A DNA stretch of 39,112 nt, from IMG/VR virus record IMGVR_UViG_3300038809_000040, positions 1-39,112 of that record. One strand, written 5' to 3'. How positions within the stretch are numbered: the first letter of the stretch is position 1; the number at the start of each line of letters is the position of its first letter. Below are positions 24,371-35,100 of the stretch, in pieces. The position numbers and the translations under genes were made by a program. Source of the DNA: a virus (lineage: Duplodnaviria; Caudoviricetes). Below the pieces are notes generated by a model, which was not told the origin of the DNA, did no database searches, and saw only the letters and a program-made list of their open reading frames with translations.

Positions 24371-26340
24371 CCATGACCGACACTTTCGGGCGGTTCGCCG
24401 CCACGCCCATTGGCCCGGTACTCGCTGCGCGAGATGGCGGGCTTACCTTGGCCACCACTGGCGCCACCACGCTGGCCAGTCACGCGCGTTCAGACTTCAG
24501 CCTTGATGCCGGGACGGTGGGCGTGGAGTTTGCCGTGTGGGGTGATGACGCCGTTGCAGCACTCGTAGGCTTCGCCACTGGCCCGGCAGCGCTGAACAAG
24601 GCGCTGGGTGCGGACCTCGCCAGCATCGGCTGGGACCTCGCCGCCGGGCGCCTGCTACAGGCGGGCGGTGCGATCGCCACTGGCCTGCCGGCGGCTACCC
24701 ATGGCGACATTGTCGGGCTCCAGGTGGTCTTCGGGGCACCGCGCCAGATCCGGCTTTACCTCAACGGCGCGCAGATCCTGGTGCGCGAGCTGCAGCTGTC
24801 CGGGCCACTGTTCTTCGCCGCTTCGCTGGGCGCTTCGAAGGCGGGTGGTCTCTGTCTGGCTGTCAACGCCGGGCAGTGGGGGCCGCGAAGCGAGGCGGCG
24901 GCCGCTGGCTGGCGGTTGCCCACTGCATCCGTCAGCCCGACTCGGCTGGCCGACGTGGATTGGCTGTCCGCGTCCGGCGACAGCCCGGCCAATGCCCGTT
25001 ACGAGGGGTTGGTGGCCGAGGGCGTCAACCTAATTCAGGAGCTGGCGTTCTGGCCGTGGGGCGGTGATCCGGTGTCCCAGGCAGCGGCCGCCGAGTGCGT
25101 CGTGGTGGATGCGGATGGTCTGCTGGACGGCATGGCTGGCACTGGTGCCTCTGGCAGTTCGGTGCAGATCCTCCTGGCCCCCGAGAGCGGGATGCGGGCC
25201 GACGCGGTCCCGGCTTTCCGATGCGCGATCGAGCAGATCGAGATCAACGACGACGGCACCAAGACGCTGCACCTGCGCGATGCGCACGACTACCTGGACG
25301 AGACGATCAACCGGGGTGTGTTCCTGCCGAATGTCGCGTCACTGGCATGGAAGCCACAGCCGGTGGTGATCGGCGCGGTGGCCAGCATCCCGGCCATGGG
25401 CGCCAATTCGGACGCAACATCGATGTTCGTCGCTGACAGCCGGGTCTACGTCAATGCGGTGATGGACCGCGGCGACTTGATGGAGATCAACACCTACAAC
25501 GAGGCCCCGGACGGGCAACAGCTGCTGCTGAAGTCGCCACCGGTGACGCCGGTCGTGGTTGACGCCTCCAGCATCGGCGCGGGCATGATGCCGGCGCGGC
25601 TGGAGCAGGCGGTGGGTGATGTGATGGCCCGGTTGGGCCGAGCGGCGTGGTCGGGCAGCGACTGCGCGGTGATCGACCAAGCCACGGGCTACATGGGGAT
25701 CGGTTACTACGCGGGCACAGCCATCACCGGCCGCGCGGCACTGAATTCGCTCCTGCCCAGCTACGGCGCCGGCTGCTATCAGGATCCTGCTGGCGTGTTG
25801 CGCTTTGTCCGCGTGACCGCGCCCGAGGCCCATGCCGGTGCGTTCGCCTTCGACCTGTCGGAGGATGATCTGGCGGCTGATCTGGTCATGGTGCCCGATG
25901 ACGCTCCCAACCTGACCCGACGCATGGCCTACCGACCCAACGGCCAGGCGCTGGGCGCATCGGACCTGGTCACCGACGTTGTCGACGTGCCCCAGTCCCG
26001 ACGCGACGAACTGACCGGCCTCTACCGGGGGCAGGTGTATGGTGCTGGTCCGCTGCACGCCCACTACCAGCGGGCAGAGGCTGCCGACCCGGTCATCTCG
26101 TTGTTCTGGCACGCGGCCGATGCGCAGCGGGAGATTGAGCGCGTCCTGGGCATGTACCAGGTGCAGCGCCACTTCTACCAGCTCGCCGTCCGTGGTGATC
26201 AGGAACTGGCGCCGCTTCCCGGGCAGATCGGCCGGCTTACCTACGGTCGATACGGCCTTGAAGACGGCAAGCCGGTGCTGGTGCGCCGGGTAGAGCGCAA
26301 CCCAGCCACGGGGGACGTGGTGCTGACGGTGTGGGGATGA
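24367..26340 (+). CDS. Tail tip/hub-like protein with N-terminal SPRY/ConA-like domain (657 aa)
   Basis: GDIVGL...IRLYLNG...LFFAASL...VNAGQ; then GDSPANARYEG, KPQPVVIG.V..IP, C-terminal OB-like GQIGRLTY.RYGL..GK. Confidence 0.65.
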   Translation: MTMTDTFGRFAATPIGPVLAARDGGLTLATTGATTLASHARSDFSLDAGTVGVEFAVWGDDAVAALVGFATGPAALNKALGADLASIGWDLAAGRLLQAGGAIATGLPAATHGDIVGLQVVFGAPRQIRLYLNGAQILVRELQLSGPLFFAASLGASKAGGLCLAVNAGQWGPRSEAAAAGWRLPTASVSPTRLADVDWLSASGDSPANARYEGLVAEGVNLIQELAFWPWGGDPVSQAAAAECVVVDADGLLDGMAGTGASGSSVQILLAPESGMRADAVPAFRCAIEQIEINDDGTKTLHLRDAHDYLDETINRGVFLPNVASLAWKPQPVVIGAVASIPAMGANSDATSMFVADSRVYVNAVMDRGDLMEINTYNEAPDGQQLLLKSPPVTPVVVDASSIGAGMMPARLEQAVGDVMARLGRAAWSGSDCAVIDQATGYMGIGYYAGTAITGRAALNSLLPSYGAGCYQDPAGVLRFVRVTAPEAHAGAFAFDLSEDDLAADLVMVPDDAPNLTRRMAYRPNGQALGASDLVTDVVDVPQSRRDELTGLYRGQVYGAGPLHAHYQRAEAADPVISLFWHAADAQREIERVLGMYQVQRHFYQLAVRGDQELAPLPGQIGRLTYGRYGLEDGKPVLVRRVERNPATGDVVLTVWG

Positions 26341-26344
26341 TGAC

Positions 26345-27106
26345 GTGTTGATTGGATATGGCATGCCGGCGGTAACTACGGTGACTCTCACCGGCGGCAC
26401 GTGGCTCAGTGCGGACCAGGGCTCGGCACTCTTCGACGGCAAGCCCGGCAGGGCCTCGCGGATCCGGCGAACAAGCTCGCTGGCGATCACGATTACCCTG
26501 GCCGACGCTGTCGTCCCGGGGATCATCGCGGTTCTCGGCCTCAACATTCCGCCGGGCGTGCAGGTCAGCGCTGCCGGCGCGACCGGGACCACTGTGCGTC
26601 TGCCCGACGGCAGCGTCTGCGCTTGGCTGTTCCCGCAGGCCAGCGCTCTGGTCTCGGTGGTGTCCGTGGAGATCGCCACCACCGCCACCAACGTGGACGT
26701 AGGCGAGATTGCGATCTTCCGGGCGGTGGATATTGGTATCAAGGACGGCTGGGCCGTGGCCACTATCGACGCCAGCGTTCACGCCCGGACCAAGGGCGGC
26801 CAGGTCAATACGGTTCCCGGGGCGCTGTACCGCCGCCTGACCTGCACGCTGTCGGGCCGCTCCACGCCGGTTGTGCGCGGCAACGGCCTCAGCGGCATGG
26901 ATTGGGAGACGATCGGGGCCGCTCTGTCGGGCCGGCGGCGCTCCTGTGTTGTGCCCCAGTACCGGGATATGGTCACGAAGGCGTTTGATCCGGCACTGGC
27001 GGCGCGGTCCGCCCTCTATGGCTTCCCGACCCAGCTGCCCAGTGCCGAGAACATCAGCCGGCAGTACTTCTCGGGATACATGGAGTTTGAGGAAATCCCT
27101 GCGTAG
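26345..27106 (+). CDS. Distal-tail-like/minor tail protein (253 aa)
   Basis: Beta-rich; D.S...RT.GG.......YRRL...L and terminal MEFEE resemble Dit-like proteins. Confidence 0.55.
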   Translation: MLIGYGMPAVTTVTLTGGTWLSADQGSALFDGKPGRASRIRRTSSLAITITLADAVVPGIIAVLGLNIPPGVQVSAAGATGTTVRLPDGSVCAWLFPQASALVSVVSVEIATTATNVDVGEIAIFRAVDIGIKDGWAVATIDASVHARTKGGQVNTVPGALYRRLTCTLSGRSTPVVRGNGLSGMDWETIGAALSGRRRSCVVPQYRDMVTKAFDPALAARSALYGFPTQLPSAENISRQYFSGYMEFEEIPA

Positions 27107-27139
27107 CTGGCATGATCCCGACAAAATTCGGGAGTTTCT

Positions 27140-27469
27140 ATGAAACATGCAATCAGGTTCGCGTTGGTACTGCTGCTATCGACGATGGTGGGCTGCACGA
27201 CTGCAAAGGACGACGGTGCGAAACAGGCCCTGCTGAACTGCATGAGTGCGATTCAGGCTGCATCAGCGGACCCGAGAAGCGCCAAGGTCCCCTTTGTGAA
27301 AGACATGGGGTCGGCGGGCGAGCACTACTTCGCCTGGCCATTAGGATCGGGCCTGGTTCTCCCTACAACCGATGGTTCCGCGAAGCCTGCTTCTGCGTCC
27401 TGCATCACCAACGCGATGGGGATCGTGACAGCTTTGACCATCAACGGATCGGAGATCCCGATTCGCTGA
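27140..27469 (+). CDS. Lipoprotein moron (109 aa)
   Basis: MKHAIRFALVLLLSTMVGC lipobox; own terminator; TGGCATGAT upstream. Confidence 0.8.
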   Translation: MKHAIRFALVLLLSTMVGCTTAKDDGAKQALLNCMSAIQAASADPRSAKVPFVKDMGSAGEHYFAWPLGSGLVLPTTDGSAKPASASCITNAMGIVTALTINGSEIPIR

Positions 27470-27489
27470 AACTCCTCTCCATAAGCCTC

Positions 27490-27518
27490 AAAGCCCGCCA
27501 TGTGCGGGCTTTTTTTTT
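27490..27518 (+). terminator. Intrinsic terminator after lipoprotein moron
   Basis: AAAGCCCGC-catgt-GCGGGCTTTTTTTTT. Confidence 0.9.
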
Positions 27519-27527
27519 GGAAGCGCG

Positions 27528-30500
27528 ATGAGCCTTTACACCCTTACCGTTGACCTGCTGCTGAAGTCGGGCTCGTTCGAGCGCGACAGCGGAAAGGCCG
27601 CACGCGTTGTTCAGCGCGATATGGCAGCTATTCAATCTTCCATGTCGGACGCGGCCAGGCGCGGAGCCGATGAGGTTGCGGCAGGATTCCGTCGCGTTGC
27701 GTTCGAAGCTGTGGGCCTTACCTCTGCCCTGGTAGCCGTCAAAGCCGCAGTTGGCAAGGCCGACGAATGGACGAACCTCAATAACCGGTTGCGCCTGGTC
27801 ACTCAGGGGCAGGCGCAGTTTGCCGCCGCGCAGGCTGACGTGATCCGGATAGCTGGTGCTGCTCGACAGCCTCTGGGCGCCACCGCGGAGCTGTACCAGC
27901 GCATCGCCATGAATCAGGAGGCGCTTGGTCTCTCTGGTCGTGATCTGGCACGCGTTGTTGAGACGATCAGCAAGACGATGGTGATCAGCGGCACGTCCGC
28001 CGCTGGCGCCGATGCTGCGCTTGTGCAGCTGGGGCAGGCGTTTGCTTCGGGCACCCTTCGTGGTGAAGAGCTGAACTCGGTACTTGAGCAAGCGCCGGCC
28101 CTGGCTCAAGCCATCGCCAAGGGTCTGAACGTTCCAATCGGGAAGCTGCGTGAACTGGGTGCCGCGGGCAAGCTGTCGTCGGAACAAGTGATCAACGCCC
28201 TGCAGAGCCAGGCGGGGGCGGTGGACGACGCATTCGGCAAGATGGATTCCACCGTTGGGCAGGCAATGACGCTGTTCAACAACAACCTTCAGGTCATGAT
28301 CGGCCGTGCCGACGAGGCGACCGGCGCATCCAAGTTGCTTGCAGCTGGCATCGGCGCCCTCGGCAGCAACCTGGAGGCGGTAGCGGTTGCTGGAGCTGCG
28401 GTCGCTTCCGGTCCCCTGCTGAAAGCCCTCCTGGCGAGGGTCGCTGCTGCCAACGCAGGAATGGCGGCTGATCGGGCTGCGGCGGCGCAGAATCTGGCTG
28501 CTGCACAGCAGCTCGAGCTACGGACCCGCGCCGCGATGCTCGATGCGGAAGCGGAGGTGCGCCGCGCGGCTGCAATCGGAGGTAGCGTATCGGTGAGCAG
28601 CAAGGCCGCCGCAGCGACTCTGGAGCACCGCCAGGCGACGCTGCTGCTGGCTCAGGCGCAAACGCAGGCTGCAGCTGCCAATGCCGGATGGCTGGCGCGT
28701 GCTGGGTCCTCGACTCTCGCCATGCTGGGCGGTCCGGCAGGCATTGTCACGATGCTGGCTACCGCTGCAGCCGGCTGGTTGATCTTCCGGGACAACACCA
28801 AGGTCGCATCAGCGGCCCTGGTCGATTTCGGTGGCGCAGCTGACACCGCCATCGAGAAGTTCAGAACGCTCAACGCGCAGATGCAGGCCGGTGAAATTCT
28901 GCGCCTGCAGAAGGAGATCGATGAGAACTATCGGACCATCACAGGTTCGATCACTGAAATGGTGGCGGCGGCGACGAACTTCGCTACAGCGAGCCAGGCA
29001 TCCGAGTTCATTCAAGAAACCCAACGGCTCGATGCTGCCTTCAAGGCTGGAAAGATTGGCGCCGATGAATTCTCCAGCGGATTGGAGGCAGCATGGCGGG
29101 CGATGATTGCTGGCTCCCCCGCTGCCGCTACGGTGGCCAAGAGCCTCACGGAAGAGACCGCCGCCGCTGCGACTGCTGGTAGGGAGGTCGATCGCAAGCG
29201 GGCGATCTTGGATGCCTTCACGGGCAGCAGCACTCAGGCGAAGGGTGCCACCGACGCGCTGTCGGGCTCCTTCAATGCACTGGGGGACTCGGCCGGCGCT
29301 GCTGGGAAGCGGATCGCGTCGGCGATGCAGTCGCTGCCTGGTCAGCTGGCGCGCGTTGGCAAGAGCGCGGCAGAGGTGGCAAAGCTGGACGTGGGCGACT
29401 GGTTCAAGGAGGCCCAAGCCAGCGGCGTCGACTTCTCCAAGCGCGACGACCCGAAGGTCAAGCAGTACCTTGAACAGGGCGCCCAGTACATCCGGCTGCA
29501 GACCGAGCTGGCCGCGGCGCAGAAGAACTTCACCGAGTCGCGCAAGGCTTCGTCGGCCGCAGAGCGTGCGGGCGCGAAGGACCGCAAAGCCGACGCGGAG
29601 GCAATCAAGCGCTACGGCGAGCAGGCGGCGATGGCTGCCGCGACCATGGCTGGCCCGCTGGCTGAGGCCACCGAGCGCCAGAAGCAGCTCGAGGACAAGC
29701 TGAAGGAAGCGCTCAAGGAAGGGCGCGTCGAGCGTGCCGCGTACAACACGCTCGTGCTGGAGTCGCAGAAGGCGTTGGAGCAGTCCAGCGCTGAGATCAA
29801 GAAGGCCCTGGCCAGTCCGGAATCGCTGCTGGCGACCATGGACGCCGAGGTGGCCATGCTCGGCAAGGTCGGGCGTGCGAGAGAGCTGTCGCGCCGGCAG
29901 ATGATGAACGAGCGCGACATGCGGCAGGAGCTGCAGAGGGCCGTGGAGGCGGCAGGCAGCAAGGAGGAGCTGGCCAGGAGGAAGGGCGTTGCCTCCTATG
30001 AGGCGTATGAGCAGTCCATGCTTGCTGCGGCTCGCGCCTCGGCCGATCTGTCGCTGCGGGTGGAAGAGGCTGCAGCGAACGTAGAGGCATGGGCCAACGT
30101 GCTGGTGTACGGCGTCGGCGATGCCGCAGACGCCATGGCGGACTTCGTTGCGGGCGGCATGCGCGACTTCGACAACCTGTGGGACGACCTGAAGGACGCC
30201 GCCAAGCGCGGCCTGCGCGATCTCGCTCGCGAGTTCCTGCAGCAGAAGCTGGTGATCCCGATCCAGACGCAGATCCTCAACGGGATGAGCGGTCAAGGCG
30301 GTGGGCTGAACCTGCAGAGCTTGATGGGGTTGTTCGGCGGCAACGGCTCGGCGGCCGGCGGGCAGAACCTGAGCACGGTGGCCGGCCTGCTCTCCAAGGG
30401 GCAGGGTCTGTTCGGCTTCGGTCGCTCGGCCGGTGCCGCGGCGGGCACCCTTACCGGCTTCGGCGACGTGACCAGCATGGCCGGGATGACCGGTTCCAGC

Positions 30501-32114
30501 TTCTCGGGCCTGATCGGTGGTGGCAGTGCCGGCGCTGGTGCTGGTGCAGGAGCTGGTGCGGCCGGCTCGGCGGCTGCGGCGGTGCCGATCATCGGCTGGA
30601 TCGTGGCCGGCATGATGAAGAACGCCCAGCTGTTCGATCAGGGCTGGAACATCGCCAACGGTGAGAGCTGGGCCGGCAAGATCGCCACAGCCGGTGCGGT
30701 GGGGCTGGCCGACAAGGGGTTCCGTGCCCTGGGCTTCAACGACAAGGTCGCGTCGATCCTGTCTGGCTCCAGCATCCACGCCAAGCTGTTCGGCCGACAG
30801 GCGCCCAAGGTCACAGGCCAAGGCATCACCGGCAGCTATGGCTTCGGCGGCTTCGACGGCCAGAGTTATGCGGATATCAAGGCCAAGGGCGGCCTGTTCC
30901 GCAGCGACAAGAAGTGGACGCAGTTCGGCGCGCTAGATCCGGGCATCGATCGCACGTTCGATATGGCGGCGCGGCAGGTGCGTGGCGCGGCGACCGATCT
31001 GGCCAAGCAGTTGGGTGTGGACCTGACCCAGAAGCTCGGCAGCGTGCGGGTAGACCTGGGCAAGCTCCAGTTGTCGGCGGACTCGACCGAGGCCAAGGCG
31101 CAGCTGGAGGCTTACCTCAGCGACATGACCAATCGGTTGTATACCGAGGCGGTCAAGGCGGCGGGGTTTGGTGGCCAGCTCGACGGGTACTTCGAGTCGG
31201 CGGACGTGTTCACCGCGCTCAGTGCGTCGATCGCGCTGGCCGTGGGCAATGCCGATGAGCTGGGCCGAGCACTCAATGGGCTGGAAGTCGACAAGGTCAA
31301 CAAGGCGGTCGACTACTTCCAGGACCTGGCCGGCGTCGCCGGCACGGACTTGGCCACCCAGGTGCAGAAGGTGACGGGGCTGCTCGGCAACTACGCCAGC
31401 CTCATGGCCGACGTGAGCACCCAGCTGTTGACGGCCAACCTGACGCAGTACCAGTCGCAGGCGTTGTCGATCGAGCGCACGTATCGCCAGCAGATGAAGT
31501 CGGCCAATGACTACGCCAAGGCGCTGGGCTTGTCCGGCGCCCGCGCGGAAGACCTGGCCAAGATCGAGGCGCTGCGTGCCACCAACATGGGCAAGCTGCA
31601 GGTGCAGATCGACAAGGACAAGAAGGCCATGCAGTACGGCCTGTCGATCAGCGATCTTTCGCCGCTGACGGACCAGGAGAAGCTGGGCGAGGCGATGAAG
31701 GAGCTGGAGCGGGCCGTGTCCGGTGGCGACACCAGCGCCGCACAGGCGGCCGCTCAGGCCGCGCTGGGCTTTGGTCGGAACCTCTACGCCAGCGGGCAGG
31801 ACTACAACAGCCTGTACGGCCGCGTGACGGGCCTGATCGATGGCATGAAGGTCGGCGACCTCAATCAGCAGGACGGCACCAGCATGGGGGCGCTGGCAGA
31901 CGCCATCGAGGCGCTGCCGGACAACTTCAGCCGGGCCGTGTTCGACCTGGTCGTGAACAACGACGCTCAGACGCAAACCACTGCCGCTGTACAGCAGAGC
32001 AACGCTCTGCTCGCCGAGCAGAACCAGCTGCTCCGCCAACTCGTGTCTACCACCACCCAGGGCGTACGCAACGCCAGCAGTTCAGCGCTGCGCGAAGCAC
32101 TCAACGCGAGGTAA
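27528..32114 (+). CDS. Tape measure protein (1528 aa)
   Basis: AD.W..LNNRL.LVT, QLGQAFASG.LRGEELNSVLEQAP.LA; Ala-rich helical. Confidence 0.95.
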   Translation: MSLYTLTVDLLLKSGSFERDSGKAARVVQRDMAAIQSSMSDAARRGADEVAAGFRRVAFEAVGLTSALVAVKAAVGKADEWTNLNNRLRLVTQGQAQFAAAQADVIRIAGAARQPLGATAELYQRIAMNQEALGLSGRDLARVVETISKTMVISGTSAAGADAALVQLGQAFASGTLRGEELNSVLEQAPALAQAIAKGLNVPIGKLRELGAAGKLSSEQVINALQSQAGAVDDAFGKMDSTVGQAMTLFNNNLQVMIGRADEATGASKLLAAGIGALGSNLEAVAVAGAAVASGPLLKALLARVAAANAGMAADRAAAAQNLAAAQQLELRTRAAMLDAEAEVRRAAAIGGSVSVSSKAAAATLEHRQATLLLAQAQTQAAAANAGWLARAGSSTLAMLGGPAGIVTMLATAAAGWLIFRDNTKVASAALVDFGGAADTAIEKFRTLNAQMQAGEILRLQKEIDENYRTITGSITEMVAAATNFATASQASEFIQETQRLDAAFKAGKIGADEFSSGLEAAWRAMIAGSPAAATVAKSLTEETAAAATAGREVDRKRAILDAFTGSSTQAKGATDALSGSFNALGDSAGAAGKRIASAMQSLPGQLARVGKSAAEVAKLDVGDWFKEAQASGVDFSKRDDPKVKQYLEQGAQYIRLQTELAAAQKNFTESRKASSAAERAGAKDRKADAEAIKRYGEQAAMAAATMAGPLAEATERQKQLEDKLKEALKEGRVERAAYNTLVLESQKALEQSSAEIKKALASPESLLATMDAEVAMLGKVGRARELSRRQMMNERDMRQELQRAVEAAGSKEELARRKGVASYEAYEQSMLAAARASADLSLRVEEAAANVEAWANVLVYGVGDAADAMADFVAGGMRDFDNLWDDLKDAAKRGLRDLAREFLQQKLVIPIQTQILNGMSGQGGGLNLQSLMGLFGGNGSAAGGQNLSTVAGLLSKGQGLFGFGRSAGAAAGTLTGFGDVTSMAGMTGSSFSGLIGGGSAGAGAGAGAGAAGSAAAAVPIIGWIVAGMMKNAQLFDQGWNIANGESWAGKIATAGAVGLADKGFRALGFNDKVASILSGSSIHAKLFGRQAPKVTGQGITGSYGFGGFDGQSYADIKAKGGLFRSDKKWTQFGALDPGIDRTFDMAARQVRGAATDLAKQLGVDLTQKLGSVRVDLGKLQLSADSTEAKAQLEAYLSDMTNRLYTEAVKAAGFGGQLDGYFESADVFTALSASIALAVGNADELGRALNGLEVDKVNKAVDYFQDLAGVAGTDLATQVQKVTGLLGNYASLMADVSTQLLTANLTQYQSQALSIERTYRQQMKSANDYAKALGLSGARAEDLAKIEALRATNMGKLQVQIDKDKKAMQYGLSISDLSPLTDQEKLGEAMKELERAVSGGDTSAAQAAAQAALGFGRNLYASGQDYNSLYGRVTGLIDGMKVGDLNQQDGTSMGALADAIEALPDNFSRAVFDLVVNNDAQTQTTAAVQQSNALLAEQNQLLRQLVSTTTQGVRNASSSALREALNAR

Positions 32115-32120
32115 TCAGCA

Positions 32121-35100
32121 ATGCAAGCAAGGAAACTCACGCTGGTGGAAATCGGCGTGGGCGGGCTGCCGTCCGCGTCTCCGGTGGCACCGCGCTTTTC
32201 CACGTGGTTCCCGGTGCCCTTCAAGGCACCGGACGTGCCGCCGGCGAACGGGGTCACCCCCACGCCGGTGGCCGACGGCGTCGTGCTCGAATGGGACGCC
32301 GTCAATCTGGAGGGCGTGGTCTACGTCATCTCGCGCAGCGAGAGCCAGGATGGGCCGTGGACGGAGATCCACCGCACCACCGAGACGCGGTACGTCTATA
32401 GCGACGGCAGCGGCAAGACGTGGTGGTTCCAGATCACCCCGACCGTGCGCGGCAAGACAGGCACCGGAACCGTGGTGGGTGTTGTTCCGCCCACGACCTC
32501 CAAGGACCTGGCCGAGCAGCAGGCCAAGCTGGCGGCTGAGATCAGCGCCCGGATCCAAGCGATCGCAGACGAGGCGGCGGCACGCGCTGCCGGCCTGGCG
32601 CAGGCTGCACAGGACCTGGTCGCCGAGGCACTGCTGCGGCAGCAGGGCGTGACCGAGGCCATGCAGGCGATCAGTGCGGAGGCCCAGGCGCGAATCGATG
32701 CGCTCCTGAATGAGAAGCTGGAGCGCGAGGCGGCGATCAGCCATGAGCAGCAACTGCGGCAGAGCGCCGATGAATCGCTGGCGCGCGCAGTGTCAGAGGT
32801 TGCGGCCGGCAGCGGCACGCAGTTCGACAGCATCAAGCTCTGGCCGTTCAACCAGACCACCGAAGGGTGGACCGGCAACGGTGCCCCTACGCTTGTGGAT
32901 GGCTGGCTGCGGCCCGCAAACCACGCCGCGGCGCCGTGGGTACAGTCGCCAGTGGCGCTGGCCGTGGACGGCAGCGCATACCGTTTCGTGAAGCTGCGCG
33001 TTAAGCGCGTGGGCTCGCCGACGTGGAGCGGGTTCCTGCAGTGGATCACTGCCACGGACCAGGCATGGAACACGCAGAAGCGTGCGGCCATCCCTGAGCC
33101 GGCGTGGGACGTGAATGGCGTGGCCACGGTCGACGTGCAGGACATTGTCTGGTGGCCGGCCACGGTTGATGCGATTCGCCTGCAGCTGGGGGCGGCGCAG
33201 ACCGTCGCCAACTACTACCTGATCGACTACATCGCCGTGGGGCGTCCGCAGCCGGGTGCGTCGGTTGCGCTGGTGCAGGAGGAAACCCAAGCCCGGATCA
33301 CGGCAGACGCGGCGGAGGCCACCCAGCGCACCGCCCTGGCCGTGCAGATGCGCGGGAACTACACCGGGACGGATCCGCTGCAGCTGACCGCGGGCCTGGC
33401 CTACGAGGAGCTGAAGGCCCGAGTGGCTGCGGACTCGGCGCAGGTGCAGCGCATCAGCACGATGGAAGCTCGCATGCCGGTCGGCACCGGCTCGCTGGCA
33501 ACCGCGGCATCGGTGACGGCGCTGCAGGAGGCCACCGCGACCACCACCAACGCGTTGGCGCAATCGATCACGACGATCAACGCCACGTTGCCGTCGATGA
33601 TTTCGCAGGGAAGCAACCTGGTCGTGAACGGTGGTTGGCAGGCTGGCCGTGATGTGGGTTGGTCCTACAGCAGCCCGACCATGTTGGTTGCTGCAACGGA
33701 AGGCCGTGCAGGAAGTGCAGCGTTCCGTGCAGACGGTGTAAACGGAGTGCGCACTGCTATAGCGAACGGGATTCTGCCGGGCGGCCGGGACATGGAAGCA
33801 AAGCCTGGCAAGAAGTATCGCTATGGCTGCTGGTACAGAACCACTGCTGATTTCAACGGCACGCCTGACAACAGCAAGTTGCGGCTGGCTACGCAAACGG
33901 CGGCACTTGTTGGCGGTGCAACGCCATTCTTGCCGGGGAAGAGCGAATGGACCTACCTGGGAGCGGTCTATACCGTTGCGGAGAACACGTCCATCACGGC
34001 GTTGCAGCTGTCGCTCACCATGAACCACACGGCTGGTACGTTGTGGGTCGACGACGTTGCGCTGGAGGAAGTGACCGAACTTCTCGCGAACGCTCAAGCG
34101 ATCTCGGACCTCAGCACCAGCGTGACGCAGTTGGGCAACACTGTCACGTCGCAGGCTTGGCAGCTGACGGCGCTTCGCAGCGACCTGACCGGCGTTTCCG
34201 GGAGGACCGACGCCAACGCATCTGCCCTGCAGAACCTCACGACCCGCGTGACGACGGCAGAGGGCAAGATCGATTCGACTTCGACCAGTGTCATCAAGCT
34301 GCAGTCGGAGATGAAGGCCAGCTTGGCCGGTGGTGGTGGGATGTTCCCATCGGGGACGTTTGAGCAGTTCGCGGATGGCCATTTGCTGTCCCAGGGCTAT
34401 GGCACGACGTTCACCGTCAACACGTCGGCAAAGCGCAATGGAAATCGTGGCCTGTTGATTCAGGTGCCGTCTGACACACGCCCTGATCTAAATGCCGATT
34501 GCTATCCGGTCACCGAGTTCATTCCCCTCGTCGGAGTTCGACGCCTGTACGTCGAGGCATGGGCAGCACTTTCCTCTGGTAGCGCCGAGATTCCGCCCGA
34601 CAACAAGAGCAATCTGCGCATTGGAGTTCAGACCTCTGCCGCAGGTGTTGGCGGTACGAGCAATGTTTGGACGACTGTGAATTGGGGTGTCGCCAGTCTG
34701 TCGAAAACCTCGTGGACGAAGGTGAGCGGTTACGTGACGACCAACGCGTCTGCGGCACAGGGGCGCTTGTTCGTTTCTCTCCCTGGTCACGCGACCGACC
34801 CCAAGTCCCAGCGCGTGATCGGGTCGATTCTGCTGCTGGATGACATTGTCATTACCGACGTAACTGAGGCCTATGGTGCACAGCAGTCTTCGGAGGCGAA
34901 CGCGCAAGCCATCACCGGGCTGGCCTCCAGGGTAACGAGCGCCGAGAACACCTTGGCCAGCACAGCAAGCCAGGTCACCGATCTAAATACCACCATCACC
35001 ACCACGTTCAACCGCGGCGACAACATCAACACCAATTCCGGTTTCGACGGCGGCATGGCCCCGTTCGTGAAGACGAACACGGGCGCTACCGGTGGTGACA

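Noticed and set aside
30520-30580. GCTGGT-type short repeats in TMP
   Set aside because: They encode a Gly-Ala low-complexity stretch common in TMP membrane regions
28809-30821. 670-aa antisense ORF within TMP
   Set aside because: High-GC shadow ORF of the tape measure gene
32793-34382. 529-aa antisense ORF within the fibre gene
   Set aside because: Shadow ORF with no motif or expression signals
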